DNA of 27,609 nt from Gammaproteobacteria bacterium (GCA_024276775.1 JAJRWO010000050.1:1-27609); one strand, 5' to 3'; shown: positions 1 to 10,658, counted from the stretch's first letter. Translations and numbers: made by a program. The notes: generated by a model not told the origin, from the sequence alone.

Positions 1-60
1 AAGTACGGATTCGTCATTTTTGCAATCAAAAGTTTGTTTTGAATATGTAATCTTTGCCAT
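1..60 (-). CDS. 5' fragment of a probable 2Fe-2S ferredoxin-domain protein (e.g. a 2Fe-2S/FAD oxidoreductase); runs off the window start
   Basis: ATG at 60 on the minus strand opens MAKITYSKQTFDCKNDESVL, with no stop before base 1. This resembles the 'F-x-C-x-x-x-ESVL' start of plant-type 2Fe-2S domains. AGGA lies about 15 nt upstream. Only 20 codons are visible, and the ORF track does not list it. Confidence 0.45.
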   Translation of the reverse strand, partial: MAKITYSKQTFDCKNDESVL

Positions 61-152
61 GGTATGAAATCTTTGTCCTGTTTTTCGAGTACGTTGTTAC
101 GAGTACTTTCAGCGATGACTGTTGCCTCAGTGATCAGGTGCGCGCAGCTGTG

Positions 153-1598
153 TCAGAGTGAAATAGGGCTGATTGCTATGGGTATAGCCATCTGTTTGGC
201 ATAGTTTTTCAATTCATCCAATATCGCAATTTCATCTTCGGTTCGCTCGGGTGCCTGGCGTAATTGCTCTAGTTCTGCCTGGTAGGCATTGAAATCAAGA
301 CGTGATTGCCTGAATTCCTGCCAGCGTTGTTGTTCTGCCTGGGTGAGTGTTTCAGGCCAGTTGCGGGCGCGCATGCGGAAGAGCATTTCTGGCAGGCGAC
401 TGTCGTTGAAGACGGGGTTGTAACCGACCAGTTCTTCGGCGGGCATGGCGTGGATGTGACTCATGCGTTCTTTGTCGTCATCGTTAAAAAAGGCACCGCC
501 GTAGAGCATTTGATCAGGGTCGGTGCGTTTTTCAAATTTTGTTTCAGAAAAGGCCTTTTGAATTTTTTTCGCTAGGCCGGGTTGGTTTTTGATAGCATCG
601 AGATTGATGCGGCAGACATTCATGTCGATGTTGTATTTCTTGGCGGCCTTGCCATCCAACGTCATGAAGGGGGCGATGATGGGGCATTTGTTGACATGTA
701 CGGTCTTGAGCGGGATGCGCTCAACGCCTTCGGGTAATTGATCGTTGGGTGTAAAGATGCGTTCAAAGATCTTGGCTGGGCTGAGGTTGATCAGGTCTTT
801 TGGATCAACGCTAAGGTCATAGACGATGATGCCATTTTTGTTGGTTGGATGCTGTGCAATCGGGACGACCACTGCCATATTGCCTTTTTCAAGCGGGTAC
901 ATGCCGGAGACGTGTAACACAGGTTTTTGTTCGCGTAGATTGAGCAGTTTGAATAGCTTGTTTTTACTGCGATTATTGAGGGCGAAATCAAACAGTTTGG
1001 GTTGTTTCTCTTTAACCAGCTTGGCCATGGCAATGGTGGCGTAGACATCCGAGAGGGCGTCATGAGCCGATTCGTGGGCGATGCCATTGGCGACAGTCAG
1101 GTCTTCGAGGCGGACGCTAGGCCGGCCTTCATCGTTGACGGGCCACTCAATGCCTTCCGGGCGTAACGAACGGGTCATGCGTACCACGTCGAGCAGATCC
1201 CAGCGTGAGCAGCCGTTTTGCCATTCGCGGGCATAGGCATCAAACAGATTGCGGTACAGCAAGTGGCGGGTGAATTCATCATCAAAACGCAGGTTGTTGT
1301 AACCCAGTACGCAGGTGTTGGGCTGGGAAAATTCCTGGTTGATGCGCTGGATGAAATCGGCTTCGGGCAGACCATCGGCCAAGGCCTTTTGTGGCGTAAT
1401 ACCGGTAATCAGGCATGATATTGGGTTGGGCAGAAAGTCATCAGCGGGTTTGCAGTACATCATTAAGGGCTCGCCGATGATATTCAGGTCCATGTCGGTA
1501 CGGACGCCGGCAAACTGGCTGAGGCGGTCTTTCATCGGGTTGAGGCCAAAGGATTCGTAATCGTACCAATAGAAGGTCGGTGTACCTGAATTATTCAT
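153..1598 (-). CDS. sbcB: Exodeoxyribonuclease I (DEDDh 3'-5' ssDNA exonuclease)
   Basis: Motifs FYWYDYESFG, GYNNLRFDDEF, WDLLDVVR and AHDALSDVYAT, with the ExoI-like C-terminus (LFRMRARNWPETL). The ATG at 1598 (MNNSGTPTFYWYD, 481 aa) is preferred over the TTG at 1637 in the ORF track. Confidence 0.95.
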   Translation of the reverse strand: MNNSGTPTFYWYDYESFGLNPMKDRLSQFAGVRTDMDLNIIGEPLMMYCKPADDFLPNPISCLITGITPQKALADGLPEADFIQRINQEFSQPNTCVLGYNNLRFDDEFTRHLLYRNLFDAYAREWQNGCSRWDLLDVVRMTRSLRPEGIEWPVNDEGRPSVRLEDLTVANGIAHESAHDALSDVYATIAMAKLVKEKQPKLFDFALNNRSKNKLFKLLNLREQKPVLHVSGMYPLEKGNMAVVVPIAQHPTNKNGIIVYDLSVDPKDLINLSPAKIFERIFTPNDQLPEGVERIPLKTVHVNKCPIIAPFMTLDGKAAKKYNIDMNVCRINLDAIKNQPGLAKKIQKAFSETKFEKRTDPDQMLYGGAFFNDDDKERMSHIHAMPAEELVGYNPVFNDSRLPEMLFRMRARNWPETLTQAEQQRWQEFRQSRLDFNAYQAELEQLRQAPERTEDEIAILDELKNYAKQMAIPIAISPISL

Positions 1599-1790
1599 GT
1601 GGTATCTGTTCTGGTTATTGTGAATGATAAATCGCAATTTAACATAGTTGTTTGTTTGACTGTAAAAACAGATGATTTCTTAAGTAATTTAAGAATAGTC
1701 AAGCATTGTAAAGCCTTGTTGTGAATTGTTTTTTCACGAAATAATCTGCATTATCCTTGATTGTATGTATTGCTGAGCCAGGGGTAGGTT

Positions 1791-2456
1791 ATGGAAATGG
1801 TGGAAATTATTGCCTTGAGCATGGGGGTGGCTTGGGCCAGCGGCTTGAATCTCTATGCCACCATCTTTGTTTTGGGTTGGCTGGGCAGTACAGGGAACCT
1901 GGTGTTGCCAGCGGAATTACAAATATGCAGCGATCCCATGGTGATGCTGGTTGCCGGGTTTATGTATTGTGTTGAATTTTTTGCCGATAAAATTCCTGGT
2001 GTTGATACAGTCTGGGACAGCATACACACCTTTATCCGTATTCCTGCCGGGGCTATTCTTGCTGCGGGTGCGGTGGGGGATTTGGGTCAGGGGGCTGAAT
2101 TGGCTGCCCTTCTGCTGGGGGGTGGTTTGGCAACTGCGACCCATGCGACCAAGGCAGGGGGGCGTATCTTGATGAATACTTCGCCCGAGCCGGTCACCAA
2201 TTGGACGGCATCGTTGGCGGAAGATTTTGCGGTGATTGCAGGCTTGTGGACAGCGCTTAATTCACCTTTGGTATTTCTTGTATTTATGGCGACTGTGTTT
2301 GTGCTGATGGTTTGGTTGTTGCCGAAAATTTGGCGTGGCATCAAGCTGCTGTATGCCAAAATTGTTGCTTTTTTTAAACGCGAAGACAGCGCCGAGCAGA
2401 ACCAAAAAGAGAAACCGGCGTTGTTACCGCTTAAAAAAGATGGAAATAGTTTCTGA
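1791..2456 (+). CDS. DUF4126-family integral membrane protein
   Basis: GVAWASGLNLYAT, EFFADKIPGVDTVWDSIHTFIRIPAGA and HATKAG..R...NTSPEPVTNW.ASLAED are characteristic of DUF4126. The protein has several hydrophobic helices. GGGGTAGG RBS-like sequence precedes the ATG. Confidence 0.8.
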   Translation: MEMVEIIALSMGVAWASGLNLYATIFVLGWLGSTGNLVLPAELQICSDPMVMLVAGFMYCVEFFADKIPGVDTVWDSIHTFIRIPAGAILAAGAVGDLGQGAELAALLLGGGLATATHATKAGGRILMNTSPEPVTNWTASLAEDFAVIAGLWTALNSPLVFLVFMATVFVLMVWLLPKIWRGIKLLYAKIVAFFKREDSAEQNQKEKPALLPLKKDGNSF

Positions 2457-2644
2457 ATCCGTTTTCTCTTGTGCCTCTGTCGAAGTGATTGTTTTTAATC
2501 GGCAGGGACTTATTATATTATGTTGTACCTTGACGCTAAAATTTAATAAAATCTGCGGTTGACATTTGAGTTATCAGAGAATCGGGTTTTTGCAGTTGTG
2601 GGGCAGGCTGTTAAACAAATATTCTCTTGGGTTGGAGTATTAAT

Positions 2645-3334
2645 ATGAATACCGAACTTGCGAAGTTTCTTGCTGCGGATGAGCGGCCTGAAGAATCAAT
2701 GATTTATCCTGAACTATACGGTTTTTTGTTTGCTGTATGTTGCGCGCCGGAGATGGTCATGCCGTCTGACTGGTTGCCGCTGATTTTTAACGACCAAGAG
2801 GCAGGTTATGCCGATGAGGCTGAAGCCAATAGAATAATAGCCGGTATTATGGCCGTTTATAACGAGGTAAATGATGGCGTGGTTTCTGAGGAATCATGTT
2901 TGCCTGCGTGGTTGGATGTCCTCAGTCCGCCGATGGAAAATTTTGCTAGCGAAGCACCGCTGACTCATTGGGCGCGAGGTTTTTTTCTTGGTTATGATTG
3001 GCTGAGTGAAATCTGGGATGACTATTTACCCGATGAAATGGGGGCTGAAGTGACGGCCTGTTTGATGATGTTGACATTTTTTTCAAGCCAGGAGTTGGCC
3101 GAGGCCTATGCCAAAGAGGGCTGTGAAAAGCCGATGGCCGTTGAGAATTTGGCAGAGATGGCCGTTGATGGTTTGGGTATGGCGATGGCAAGTTATGCCC
3201 ATATGGGCCGTTCTATTTATTTGACCTTGCAGCAGGCTCAGGCACCCTTTAAACGCGAGACAGATAAGGTTGGCAGGAATGATTCCTGCTCTTGTGGTAG
3301 CGGCAAGAAATTTAAACATTGTTGCCTGCATTGA
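2645..3334 (+). CDS. UPF0149/YecA-family protein with C-terminal SEC-C zinc-binding motif
   Basis: ELYGFLFAVCCAPEMVMPSDWLPLIF and HWARGFFLG are YecA-like; the C-terminus is KVGRNDSCSCGSGKKFKHCC. The ATG at 2645 has GGAG 7 nt upstream (the ORF track starts at TTG 2627). Confidence 0.85.
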   Translation: MNTELAKFLAADERPEESMIYPELYGFLFAVCCAPEMVMPSDWLPLIFNDQEAGYADEAEANRIIAGIMAVYNEVNDGVVSEESCLPAWLDVLSPPMENFASEAPLTHWARGFFLGYDWLSEIWDDYLPDEMGAEVTACLMMLTFFSSQELAEAYAKEGCEKPMAVENLAEMAVDGLGMAMASYAHMGRSIYLTLQQAQAPFKRETDKVGRNDSCSCGSGKKFKHCCLH

Positions 3335-3345
3335 TTGTCGAGCAC

Positions 3346-3381
3346 TAAAAATTAAGCCATCTGGAGGTGGCTTTGATTATT
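3346..3381. terminator. Bidirectional intrinsic terminator between the convergent UPF0149 gene and metF
   Basis: Stem AAGCCATC/GGTGGCTT (3354-3361/3366-3373) with loop TGGA; T-rich tails on both strands. Confidence 0.7.
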
Positions 3382-4228
3382 TTTCATCGCCTTCCAAGCC
3401 CAAATTTTGCCACAGGATTTTGGTTGGTTCGGTTTGGTTCATGGTGTAGAAGTGCAGTCCTGGCGCACCATTATCCAACAGATTGTTGCATAGTTCCGTG
3501 ACGACCTCTTCCCCAAAGGCGATGATAGATTCTCTGTCATCCGCAAAACCTTCCAGGCGTTTGGCTATCCAACGTGGAATTTCAGCGCCGCACATATCAG
3601 AAAAACGCTTCAGATTGCTGTAGTTGGTGATGGGCATGATGCCGGGGATGATGGGGATGTCCAGACCGCATTTTTGACAGTCATCCACAAAGCGATAGTA
3701 GGCATCGGGATTGTAAAAATACTGGCTGATGGCGGCGTTGGCACCGGCTTTGGCTTTACGGGCAAAATTTTCCAGATCTTTTTGTGCGGTGGGAGCCTGC
3801 GGGTGAATTTCCGGATAGGCGGCCACTTCAATATGGAAGTGATCGCCGGTTTCGGTGCGGATAAATTCCACCAGTTCGTTGGCATAGCGGAAATCTCCCA
3901 TCTCCCGCATCCCTGACGGCATGTCACCACGCAGGGCGACGATGCGGTTGACACCGGTTTCGATGTATTGATTGAGTAATTGACGAATGCTGTCTCGGTT
4001 GCCACCGATGCAGGATAGGTGGGGGGCAGCGTGATAACCTTTTGCCTGGATCTCTTTGACGGTATCAAACGTGCCTTCCTGGGTGCTGCCACCAGCACCG
4101 AAGGTCACGGAGAAATAGGCCGGGTTCAGTTTGGCTAATTCTGCCAGTGTGGTGCGCAGTTTTTCTGCGCCCTTATCTGTTTTGGGCGGGAAGAATTCGC
4201 AGCTGTAGGTTTTGTATGCTGTGTCCAT
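3377..4228 (-). CDS. metF: 5,10-methylenetetrahydrofolate reductase
   Basis: SCEFFPPKT, FSVTFGAGGS, PHLSCIG, ALRGDMP, VAAYPEIHP, ISQYFY, PGIMPI and GLHFYTMN motifs. Confidence 0.96.
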   Translation of the reverse strand: MDTAYKTYSCEFFPPKTDKGAEKLRTTLAELAKLNPAYFSVTFGAGGSTQEGTFDTVKEIQAKGYHAAPHLSCIGGNRDSIRQLLNQYIETGVNRIVALRGDMPSGMREMGDFRYANELVEFIRTETGDHFHIEVAAYPEIHPQAPTAQKDLENFARKAKAGANAAISQYFYNPDAYYRFVDDCQKCGLDIPIIPGIMPITNYSNLKRFSDMCGAEIPRWIAKRLEGFADDRESIIAFGEEVVTELCNNLLDNGAPGLHFYTMNQTEPTKILWQNLGLEGDEK

Positions 4229-4255
4229 GTTTGGTATTCCTTGATCCTAAAAAAT

Positions 4256-4340
4256 GCAGGGTGGGTCAGGCTCTTTTTGGCCTCACCCACCATAGGCTTG
4301 TTAGCTTATACCCAATGATCATTGGGCTAAGCCAACCTAC
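4256..4340. repeat. REP-like doublet: two GTAG/GCAG-footed hairpins in inverted orientation
   Basis: Plus strand: GCAG (4256-4259), then hairpin GGTGGGT-C-AGGC...GCCT-C-ACCCACC (4260-4291). Minus strand: GTAG (4340-4337), then GTTGGCTTA-G-CCCAATGATCATTGGG-TA-TAAGCTAAC (4336-4300), which contains a perfect 16-bp palindrome at 4311-4326. Confidence 0.55.
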
Positions 4341-4346
4341 ATTTGT

Positions 4347-5753
4347 TTAATACCGGTAGTGATCAGGCTTGTAAGGACCTGCCACTGGAACGCCGATGTA
4401 GTCAGCTTGTTCCTGGCTTAGGGTAGTCAGTTTGACGCCAATTTTTTCCAAGTGCAGGCGAGCCACTTCTTCATCCAGATATTTAGGCAGAATGTGGACA
4501 TTGATTTCGTATTGATCGCGGCGAACGAAGAATTCGATTTGTGCTAATACCTGATTGGTGAAAGAGTTAGACATTACAAAGCTTGGGTGGCCAGTGGCAC
4601 AGCCCAAATTCACCAAGCGGCCTTCGGCCAGCATGATGATGCGATTGCCGCTGGGCAGGGTGATGTGGTCAACCTGTGGTTTGATATTGTCCCACGGGTA
4701 TTGCTTCATGTTAGCAATGTCAATTTCGTTGTCGAAGTGGCCGATGTTACAAACGATGGCCTGGTTTTTCATTTGTACCATGTGGTCGTGGGTGATGATG
4801 TCTTTGTTGCCTGTGGTGGTAACAAAAATATCCGCCATCGAGGCGACGTCTTCCATGGTGGTGACGCGGAAACCCTCCATGGCGGCTTGCAGGGCACAGA
4901 TGGGATCGATTTCGGTCACCATGACGGTTGCCCCCAAGCCTTTCAGGGATTGGGCGCAGCCTTTGCCAACATCACCATAACCACAGACGATGGCAACCTT
5001 GCCGGCGATCATGACATCGGTGGCGCGTTTGATGCCATCAACCAGTGATTCGCGGCAGCCGTAGAGGTTGTCGAATTTGGATTTGGTGACTGAGTCGTTG
5101 ACGTTCATGGCCGGGAACAGCAGCTCGCCCGCCTCAACCATTTCGTATAAACGGTGAACACCGGTGGTGGTTTCTTCGGTGACGCCTTGAATATTCCTGG
5201 CTTGCTTGGTCCAGAACTGCGGGTCTTCTTTGATGATGCGGGCCAGAACGCCGAGGATGCATTTGAACTCTTCATTGTCGGTGGTTTCCGGGCCGGGTAC
5301 GACGCCGGTTTTTTCATATTCAACGCCTTTGTGTACCAGCAGTGTGGCATCGCCGCCATCATCGAGAATCATGTTGGCGGTTTCACCGTTAGGCCATTTG
5401 AAGGCCTGCTCGGTACACCACCAGTATTCTTCCAGAGATTCACCTTTCCAGGCGAAGACCGGCACACCAGATGCAGCAATAGCGGCTGCGGCGTGATCCT
5501 GCGTTGAGAAGATATTGCACGATACCCAGCGTACTTTGGCACCTAGTGCGGTCAGGGTTTCAATCAGTACGGCTGTTTGGATGGTCATGTGCAGGCTGCC
5601 CATGATGCGAGCACCCTTAAGGGGTTTTTCCTGACCGTATTTCTCACGCAGCGCCATCAAGCCGGGCATCTCGGTTTCGGCGATATTCATTTCTTTGCGG
5701 CCCCAATCGGCCAGTGAGATGTCGGCTATTTTATAATCGGTAAATTCAGACAT
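4347..5753 (-). CDS. ahcY: Adenosylhomocysteinase (SAH hydrolase), long form with the ~40-aa insertion
   Basis: [72 protein letters not shown] and [12 protein letters not shown] lies 7 nt before the ATG. Confidence 0.98.
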   Translation of the reverse strand: MSEFTDYKIADISLADWGRKEMNIAETEMPGLMALREKYGQEKPLKGARIMGSLHMTIQTAVLIETLTALGAKVRWVSCNIFSTQDHAAAAIAASGVPVFAWKGESLEEYWWCTEQAFKWPNGETANMILDDGGDATLLVHKGVEYEKTGVVPGPETTDNEEFKCILGVLARIIKEDPQFWTKQARNIQGVTEETTTGVHRLYEMVEAGELLFPAMNVNDSVTKSKFDNLYGCRESLVDGIKRATDVMIAGKVAIVCGYGDVGKGCAQSLKGLGATVMVTEIDPICALQAAMEGFRVTTMEDVASMADIFVTTTGNKDIITHDHMVQMKNQAIVCNIGHFDNEIDIANMKQYPWDNIKPQVDHITLPSGNRIIMLAEGRLVNLGCATGHPSFVMSNSFTNQVLAQIEFFVRRDQYEINVHILPKYLDEEVARLHLEKIGVKLTTLSQEQADYIGVPVAGPYKPDHYRY

Positions 5754-5772
5754 ATTGAGTCTCCAGAATGAA

Positions 5773-5852
5773 CCGAGCGCCGTTGTTTATAAAATCTCTT
5801 GTCGAGCCTGGCAAACTTCTGTGAGTTTGTCGCAGCGCTCCTCGAAAAGAGG
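5773..5852 (-). ncRNA. SAH (S-adenosylhomocysteine) riboswitch
   Basis: Minus strand reads CCUCUUUUCGAGGAGCGCUGCGAC-AAACUCACAGAAGUUU-GCCAGGCUCGACAAGAGA...AAACAACGGCGCUCGG. It has the conserved GAGGAGCGCUGC and CCAGGCUC segments, an internal stem CAAACU/AGUUUG, and the distal AACGGCGCUC that can pair with GAGCGC as a pseudoknot. It lies directly upstream of ahcY. Confidence 0.93.
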
Positions 5853-5859
5853 CTTGCCC

Positions 5860-5888
5860 ATTATATGGGCGGTCAATGGAATTGTTAA
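5860..5888 (-). promoter_or_regulatory. Sigma70-type promoter for the riboswitch-ahcY(-metF) transcript
   Basis: -35 TTAACA (5888-5883), exactly 17 bp spacer, -10 TATAAT (5865-5860). The predicted +1 near 5853-5855 falls immediately before the riboswitch. Confidence 0.7.
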
Positions 5889-5938
5889 GTTAGCCGCCTG
5901 GCAAGTGATTCTTTATCGCCGGCCTGGCCAAGTGTTGT

Positions 5939-7099
5939 TTAAACGCCAGATGCATCACGCAAGGTATCGGCCTTGTCTGTCTTTTCCCAAGGTAGATCGA
6001 TATCGTCACGACCAAAATGGCCGTAGGCGGCTGTCTGGCGGTAGATAGGACGTAACAGATCAAGCATGGCGATCAGACCCTTAGGGCGGAGATCAAAGTG
6101 CTCGCGCACCAGTTCAATAATGCGATCGCTGTCGAGCTTGCTCGTGCCAAAGGTCTCTACCGAGATAGAGGTGGGTTCGGCCACACCGATAGCGTAGGAA
6201 ATCTGAATTTCGCAACGCTCGGCCAGGCCAGCGGCAACGATGTTTTTGGCCACATAACGGCCGGCATAGGCGGCAGAGCGGTCAACTTTGGATGGATCCT
6301 TGCCTGAGAATGCACCGCCGCCATGTCGGGCCATGCCGCCGTAGGTGTCGACAATGATCTTGCGGCCAGTCAGGCCGCAGTCACCCACGGGGCCGCCAAT
6401 AACGAAACGACCAGTGGGGTTAATATGGTACTGGGTGCTAGCATTAAGCCACTCGGTTGGCAGTACCGGCTTGATGATTTCATCCATGACCGCTTCGCGT
6501 AGCGCCTTGGTTTCAATCTCCGGGCCATGTTGAGTGGATAGCACAACGGCTTCAATGCCCGCGGGTTTGCCATCTTCGTAGCGAAAGGTAACCTGGCTCT
6601 TGGCGTCTGGGCGTAGCCACGGCAGTGTGCCATTTTTGCGCACTTCGGCCTGGCGCTTGACCAGTTTGTGGGCGTAATGGATGGGTGCAGGCATCAATAC
6701 GTCAGTCTCGTTTGAGGCATAACCGAACATTAGACCCTGGTCGCCAGCGCCTTGTTCGTGATCGTCAAATTCATCCACCCCTTGGGCGATATCAGTTGAT
6801 TGCTTATCTATGGAGGTAATGACGGCGCAGGATTCCCAGTCAAAGCCCATTTCAGAGCTGTTGTAACCGATTTCTTTGACGGTCTTGCGAACGATGTCCT
6901 GCATATCCACCCAGGCTGAAGTGGTGATTTCGCCTGACAGTATCACTATGCCAGTATTGACCATGGTCTCGCAGGCAACGCGTGCTTTGGGGTCCTGTTC
7001 GAAAATAGCATCGAGCACGGCATCAGAAATTTGGTCGGCAACTTTGTCCGGATGTCCTTCCGAAACGGATTCCGAAGTGAATAAGTGGCTGTTTGGCAT
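5939..7099 (-). CDS. metK: S-adenosylmethionine synthetase
   Basis: [69 protein letters not shown] and TAAYGHFGR. Confidence 0.98.
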   Translation of the reverse strand: MPNSHLFTSESVSEGHPDKVADQISDAVLDAIFEQDPKARVACETMVNTGIVILSGEITTSAWVDMQDIVRKTVKEIGYNSSEMGFDWESCAVITSIDKQSTDIAQGVDEFDDHEQGAGDQGLMFGYASNETDVLMPAPIHYAHKLVKRQAEVRKNGTLPWLRPDAKSQVTFRYEDGKPAGIEAVVLSTQHGPEIETKALREAVMDEIIKPVLPTEWLNASTQYHINPTGRFVIGGPVGDCGLTGRKIIVDTYGGMARHGGGAFSGKDPSKVDRSAAYAGRYVAKNIVAAGLAERCEIQISYAIGVAEPTSISVETFGTSKLDSDRIIELVREHFDLRPKGLIAMLDLLRPIYRQTAAYGHFGRDDIDLPWEKTDKADTLRDASGV

Positions 7100-7171
7100 T
7101 GTTGAAAGATTGCTCCAGTTGCTATATATGTGTTTAACGCTTTATAGGTTGTCTCGTGGGTAGTAGGCGAC

Positions 7172-7200
7172 ATTCTATAGAGAAACTTTAGGGGGGTAAA
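7172..7200 (-). promoter_or_regulatory. Candidate sigma70 promoter for metK
   Basis: -35 TTTACC (7200-7195), 17 bp, -10 TAGAAT (7177-7172), about 70 nt upstream of the metK ATG. Confidence 0.45.
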
Positions 7201-7372
7201 TATGCCTGGTGTGTTGGTGCTGTGGCTAATGTCGGAAATTTTGTGAATGGGAAGAGAATCTCCATCTGGTTTGAGCGGTTATTGATGGGGTGACAGTATG
7301 TGTTTATAAGCTTTTGATTTTTAAGGGATATACTTGGTTTTTGCGGGCGTGGGTGCTGGTGGAAAGGTTTTG

Positions 7373-7417
7373 TGATAAGATTGCCGCCTTTCTCGCTCGG
7401 CCTGAGGCCTTGAGCGA
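7373..7417 (+). promoter_or_regulatory. Candidate extended -10 promoter for tkt followed by a 5'-UTR stem-loop
   Basis: TG-A-TAAGAT at 7373-7381. Hairpin TCGCTC-GGCC-TGA-GGCC-TT-GAGCGA at 7393-7417 would lie at the very 5' end of the mRNA. Confidence 0.35.
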
Positions 7418-7479
7418 TCACGATTTTTTGATGTAACTTTTTGTTTTTATTTTAATTAACCTAAGTTGAGGAGAGTTTA

Positions 7480-9468
7480 ATGCCCTCTCGTAAAGAGCTC
7501 GCAAATGCGGTTCGTGCCTTGAGCATGGATGCCGTTCAGAAAGCAAAATCGGGTCACCCAGGTGCACCTATGGGGATGGCGGATATTGCCGAAGTCCTGT
7601 GGAATAGCCACATGAAATATAACCCGACCAATGCCAAGTGGGCAGATCGTGATCGTTTTGTGTTGTCGAATGGTCATGGTTCCATGTTGATGTATTCACT
7701 ACTGCATCTGACGGGTTTCGATCTGAGTATCGACGACATTAAAAACTTCCGCCAGTTGCATGCCAAGACTGCCGGTCACCCTGAATATGGTTATGCCGAT
7801 GGCATTGAAACTACCACTGGCCCCTTGGGGCAAGGCATCACCAATGCTGTCGGCATGGCAATCGCTGAACGCACCCTAGCGGCGCAGTTCAACAAGCCAG
7901 GACATGAAGTTGTGGATCACCACACTTATGTGTTTATGGGGGATGGTTGTTTGATGGAAGGTCTGTCTCATGAATCTTGCGCCCTGGCGGGTACCTTGGG
8001 TCTGGGCAAGTTAATTGCTTTTTGGGATGACAATGACATTTCTATTGATGGCAACATTGGCGACTGGATGGAGAAAGGTGTTCCTGGACGTTTCAAATCT
8101 TATGATTGGCACGTTATTTCTAACGTTGATGGTCACGATCCTGACGCTGTGAATGCCGCTATTGCAGAAGCCAAGTCTGTTACAGACAAACCAACGCTGA
8201 TCTGTGCACGCACTATTATAGGTTTTGGCTCACCGAATATGTCTGGTAGCCATGCCTGTCATGGCGCGCCGCTGGGTGATGAAGAAATTAATTTGACTAA
8301 AGCTGCGTTGGGTTGGAGTCACGGCCCGTTTGAAGTGCCTGCTGACGTTTATGCAGGTTGGGATCATAAGGCACAGGGGGCAACGGATGAAGCGGCCTGG
8401 AATACTAAGTTTGATGCTTATAAAGCCGCTTTTCCTGCTGAAGCCGCTGAGTTTTTGCGCCGCATGGCGGGTGAACTGCCGGCTAATTTTGAAGTTGAAA
8501 TGGATAAATTCATCACTAACACTCAGGTGGATATGCCTAATATTGCTTCTCGTAAGGCATCTCAGAATGCAATCGAGGCCATGGGACCGTTGTTACCTGA
8601 AATGTTTGGCGGTTCCGCTGATTTGACCGGTTCTAACCTGACTAACTGGTCGGGTACCGTCAAAGTGAATGCCGAAAATGCCAACGGTAACTACCTCTCG
8701 TGGGGTGTGCGTGAATTTGGTATGGCACACATGATGAACGGCATGGTTCTTCATGGTGGCTTCAAAGTGTATGGTGCGACATTCTTCATGTTCATGGAGT
8801 TTATGCGTAATGCGCTGCGTATGTCAGCCCTGATGAAAATTGGCACAATTTATGTTTATACACATGACTCGATCGGTCTGGGTGAAGATGGCCCGACACA
8901 CCAGCCTGTTGAACAGCTGGCAACAATGCGTGTGATTCCTGGTTTTCAGACATGGCGTGGTTGTGACGCGATCGAATCAGCGGTTTCATGGAAGATTGCT
9001 ATGCTACGGGGCAATGCACCGACTGCATTGGTATTCTCACGCCAAAATCTCACCCCAATGGAACGTACACCTGAGCAGGTTGCCAACATTGAGAAAGGTG
9101 GTTATGTACTGAAAGATTGCGAAGGCACAGCGGATATCATTTTGATGGCAAGTGGTTCAGAGGTTGGTTTAGTTGTTGATGCAGCCGCAGCAATGGATGC
9201 CAAGGTGCGCGTTGTTTCCATGCCCTCTACCTGTGCATTTGATGCTCAGGATCAGACTTATAAAGACTCTGTACTGACGCCGGGTGTTAAACGCGTTGCT
9301 GTTGAGGCTGGTGTTGCTGAGTCCGGGTACAAATATGTGGGTCTTGAGGGTGCAATTGTTGCGATGAAGAGTTTTGGCGAGTCTGCTCCTGCCGGTGAGC
9401 TATTCAAGGAATTTGGCTTTACAGTAGACAATGTTGTTGCCACTGCAAATAAGGTTTTGGCTAAATAA
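7480..9468 (+). CDS. tkt: Transketolase
   Basis: [32 protein letters not shown], the TPP motif GDGCLMEG...[15 protein letters not shown] and [28 protein letters not shown]. Confidence 0.98.
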   Translation: MPSRKELANAVRALSMDAVQKAKSGHPGAPMGMADIAEVLWNSHMKYNPTNAKWADRDRFVLSNGHGSMLMYSLLHLTGFDLSIDDIKNFRQLHAKTAGHPEYGYADGIETTTGPLGQGITNAVGMAIAERTLAAQFNKPGHEVVDHHTYVFMGDGCLMEGLSHESCALAGTLGLGKLIAFWDDNDISIDGNIGDWMEKGVPGRFKSYDWHVISNVDGHDPDAVNAAIAEAKSVTDKPTLICARTIIGFGSPNMSGSHACHGAPLGDEEINLTKAALGWSHGPFEVPADVYAGWDHKAQGATDEAAWNTKFDAYKAAFPAEAAEFLRRMAGELPANFEVEMDKFITNTQVDMPNIASRKASQNAIEAMGPLLPEMFGGSADLTGSNLTNWSGTVKVNAENANGNYLSWGVREFGMAHMMNGMVLHGGFKVYGATFFMFMEFMRNALRMSALMKIGTIYVYTHDSIGLGEDGPTHQPVEQLATMRVIPGFQTWRGCDAIESAVSWKIAMLRGNAPTALVFSRQNLTPMERTPEQVANIEKGGYVLKDCEGTADIILMASGSEVGLVVDAAAAMDAKVRVVSMPSTCAFDAQDQTYKDSVLTPGVKRVAVEAGVAESGYKYVGLEGAIVAMKSFGESAPAGELFKEFGFTVDNVVATANKVLAK

Positions 9469-9482
9469 ATAATTTATCTTAA

Positions 9483-10535
<1,053 letters not shown>

Positions 10536-10547
10536 GTAAATTTGGAA

Positions 10548-10576
10548 AAGGCATGGGGGCGTTGCTCCTATGCCTT
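10548..10576 (+). terminator. Terminator-like or stabilising hairpin directly after gap
   Basis: AAGGCATGGGGGC-GTT-GCTCCTATGCCTT gives 13 pairs with 2 G-U, followed by ATCTCTTTCT (an imperfect U-tract). Confidence 0.6.
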
Positions 10577-10609
10577 ATCTCTTTCTGGATTTTATAAGTA
10601 TTCAGAGGT

Positions 10610-10658
10610 ATTTGTTGAGGGTCTTGTTTTTACACGGGGCTTTAACAAATTTCTTTTT
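10610..10658 (+). terminator. Second terminator-like hairpin between gap and pgk
   Basis: ATTTGTTGAGG(G)TCTTGT-TTTTAC-ACGGGGCTTTAACAAAT (10610-10650, several G-U pairs), followed by TTCTTTTT. Confidence 0.45.

Noticed and set aside
1720-1738. CRP-like TGTGA...TCACG site
   Set aside because: The spacer is 9 bp rather than the required 6 bp.
2530-2564. TTGACG and TTGACA hexamers upstream of the UPF0149 gene
   Set aside because: No -10 at 16-18 bp from either, so no promoter was called.
7355-7362. E. coli Chi sequence GCTGGTGG (also at 20086-20093)
   Set aside because: Two copies in 27 kb are unremarkable, and Chi is lineage-specific.
7261-7380. CbbR/LysR binding site upstream of tkt
   Set aside because: Only degenerate T-N11-A matches, which are uninformative in AT-rich DNA.
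7188-7421. 77-aa ORF in the metK-tkt spacer as a possible sahR remnant
   Set aside because: No ArsR HTH or methyltransferase features; it overlaps likely promoter elements.
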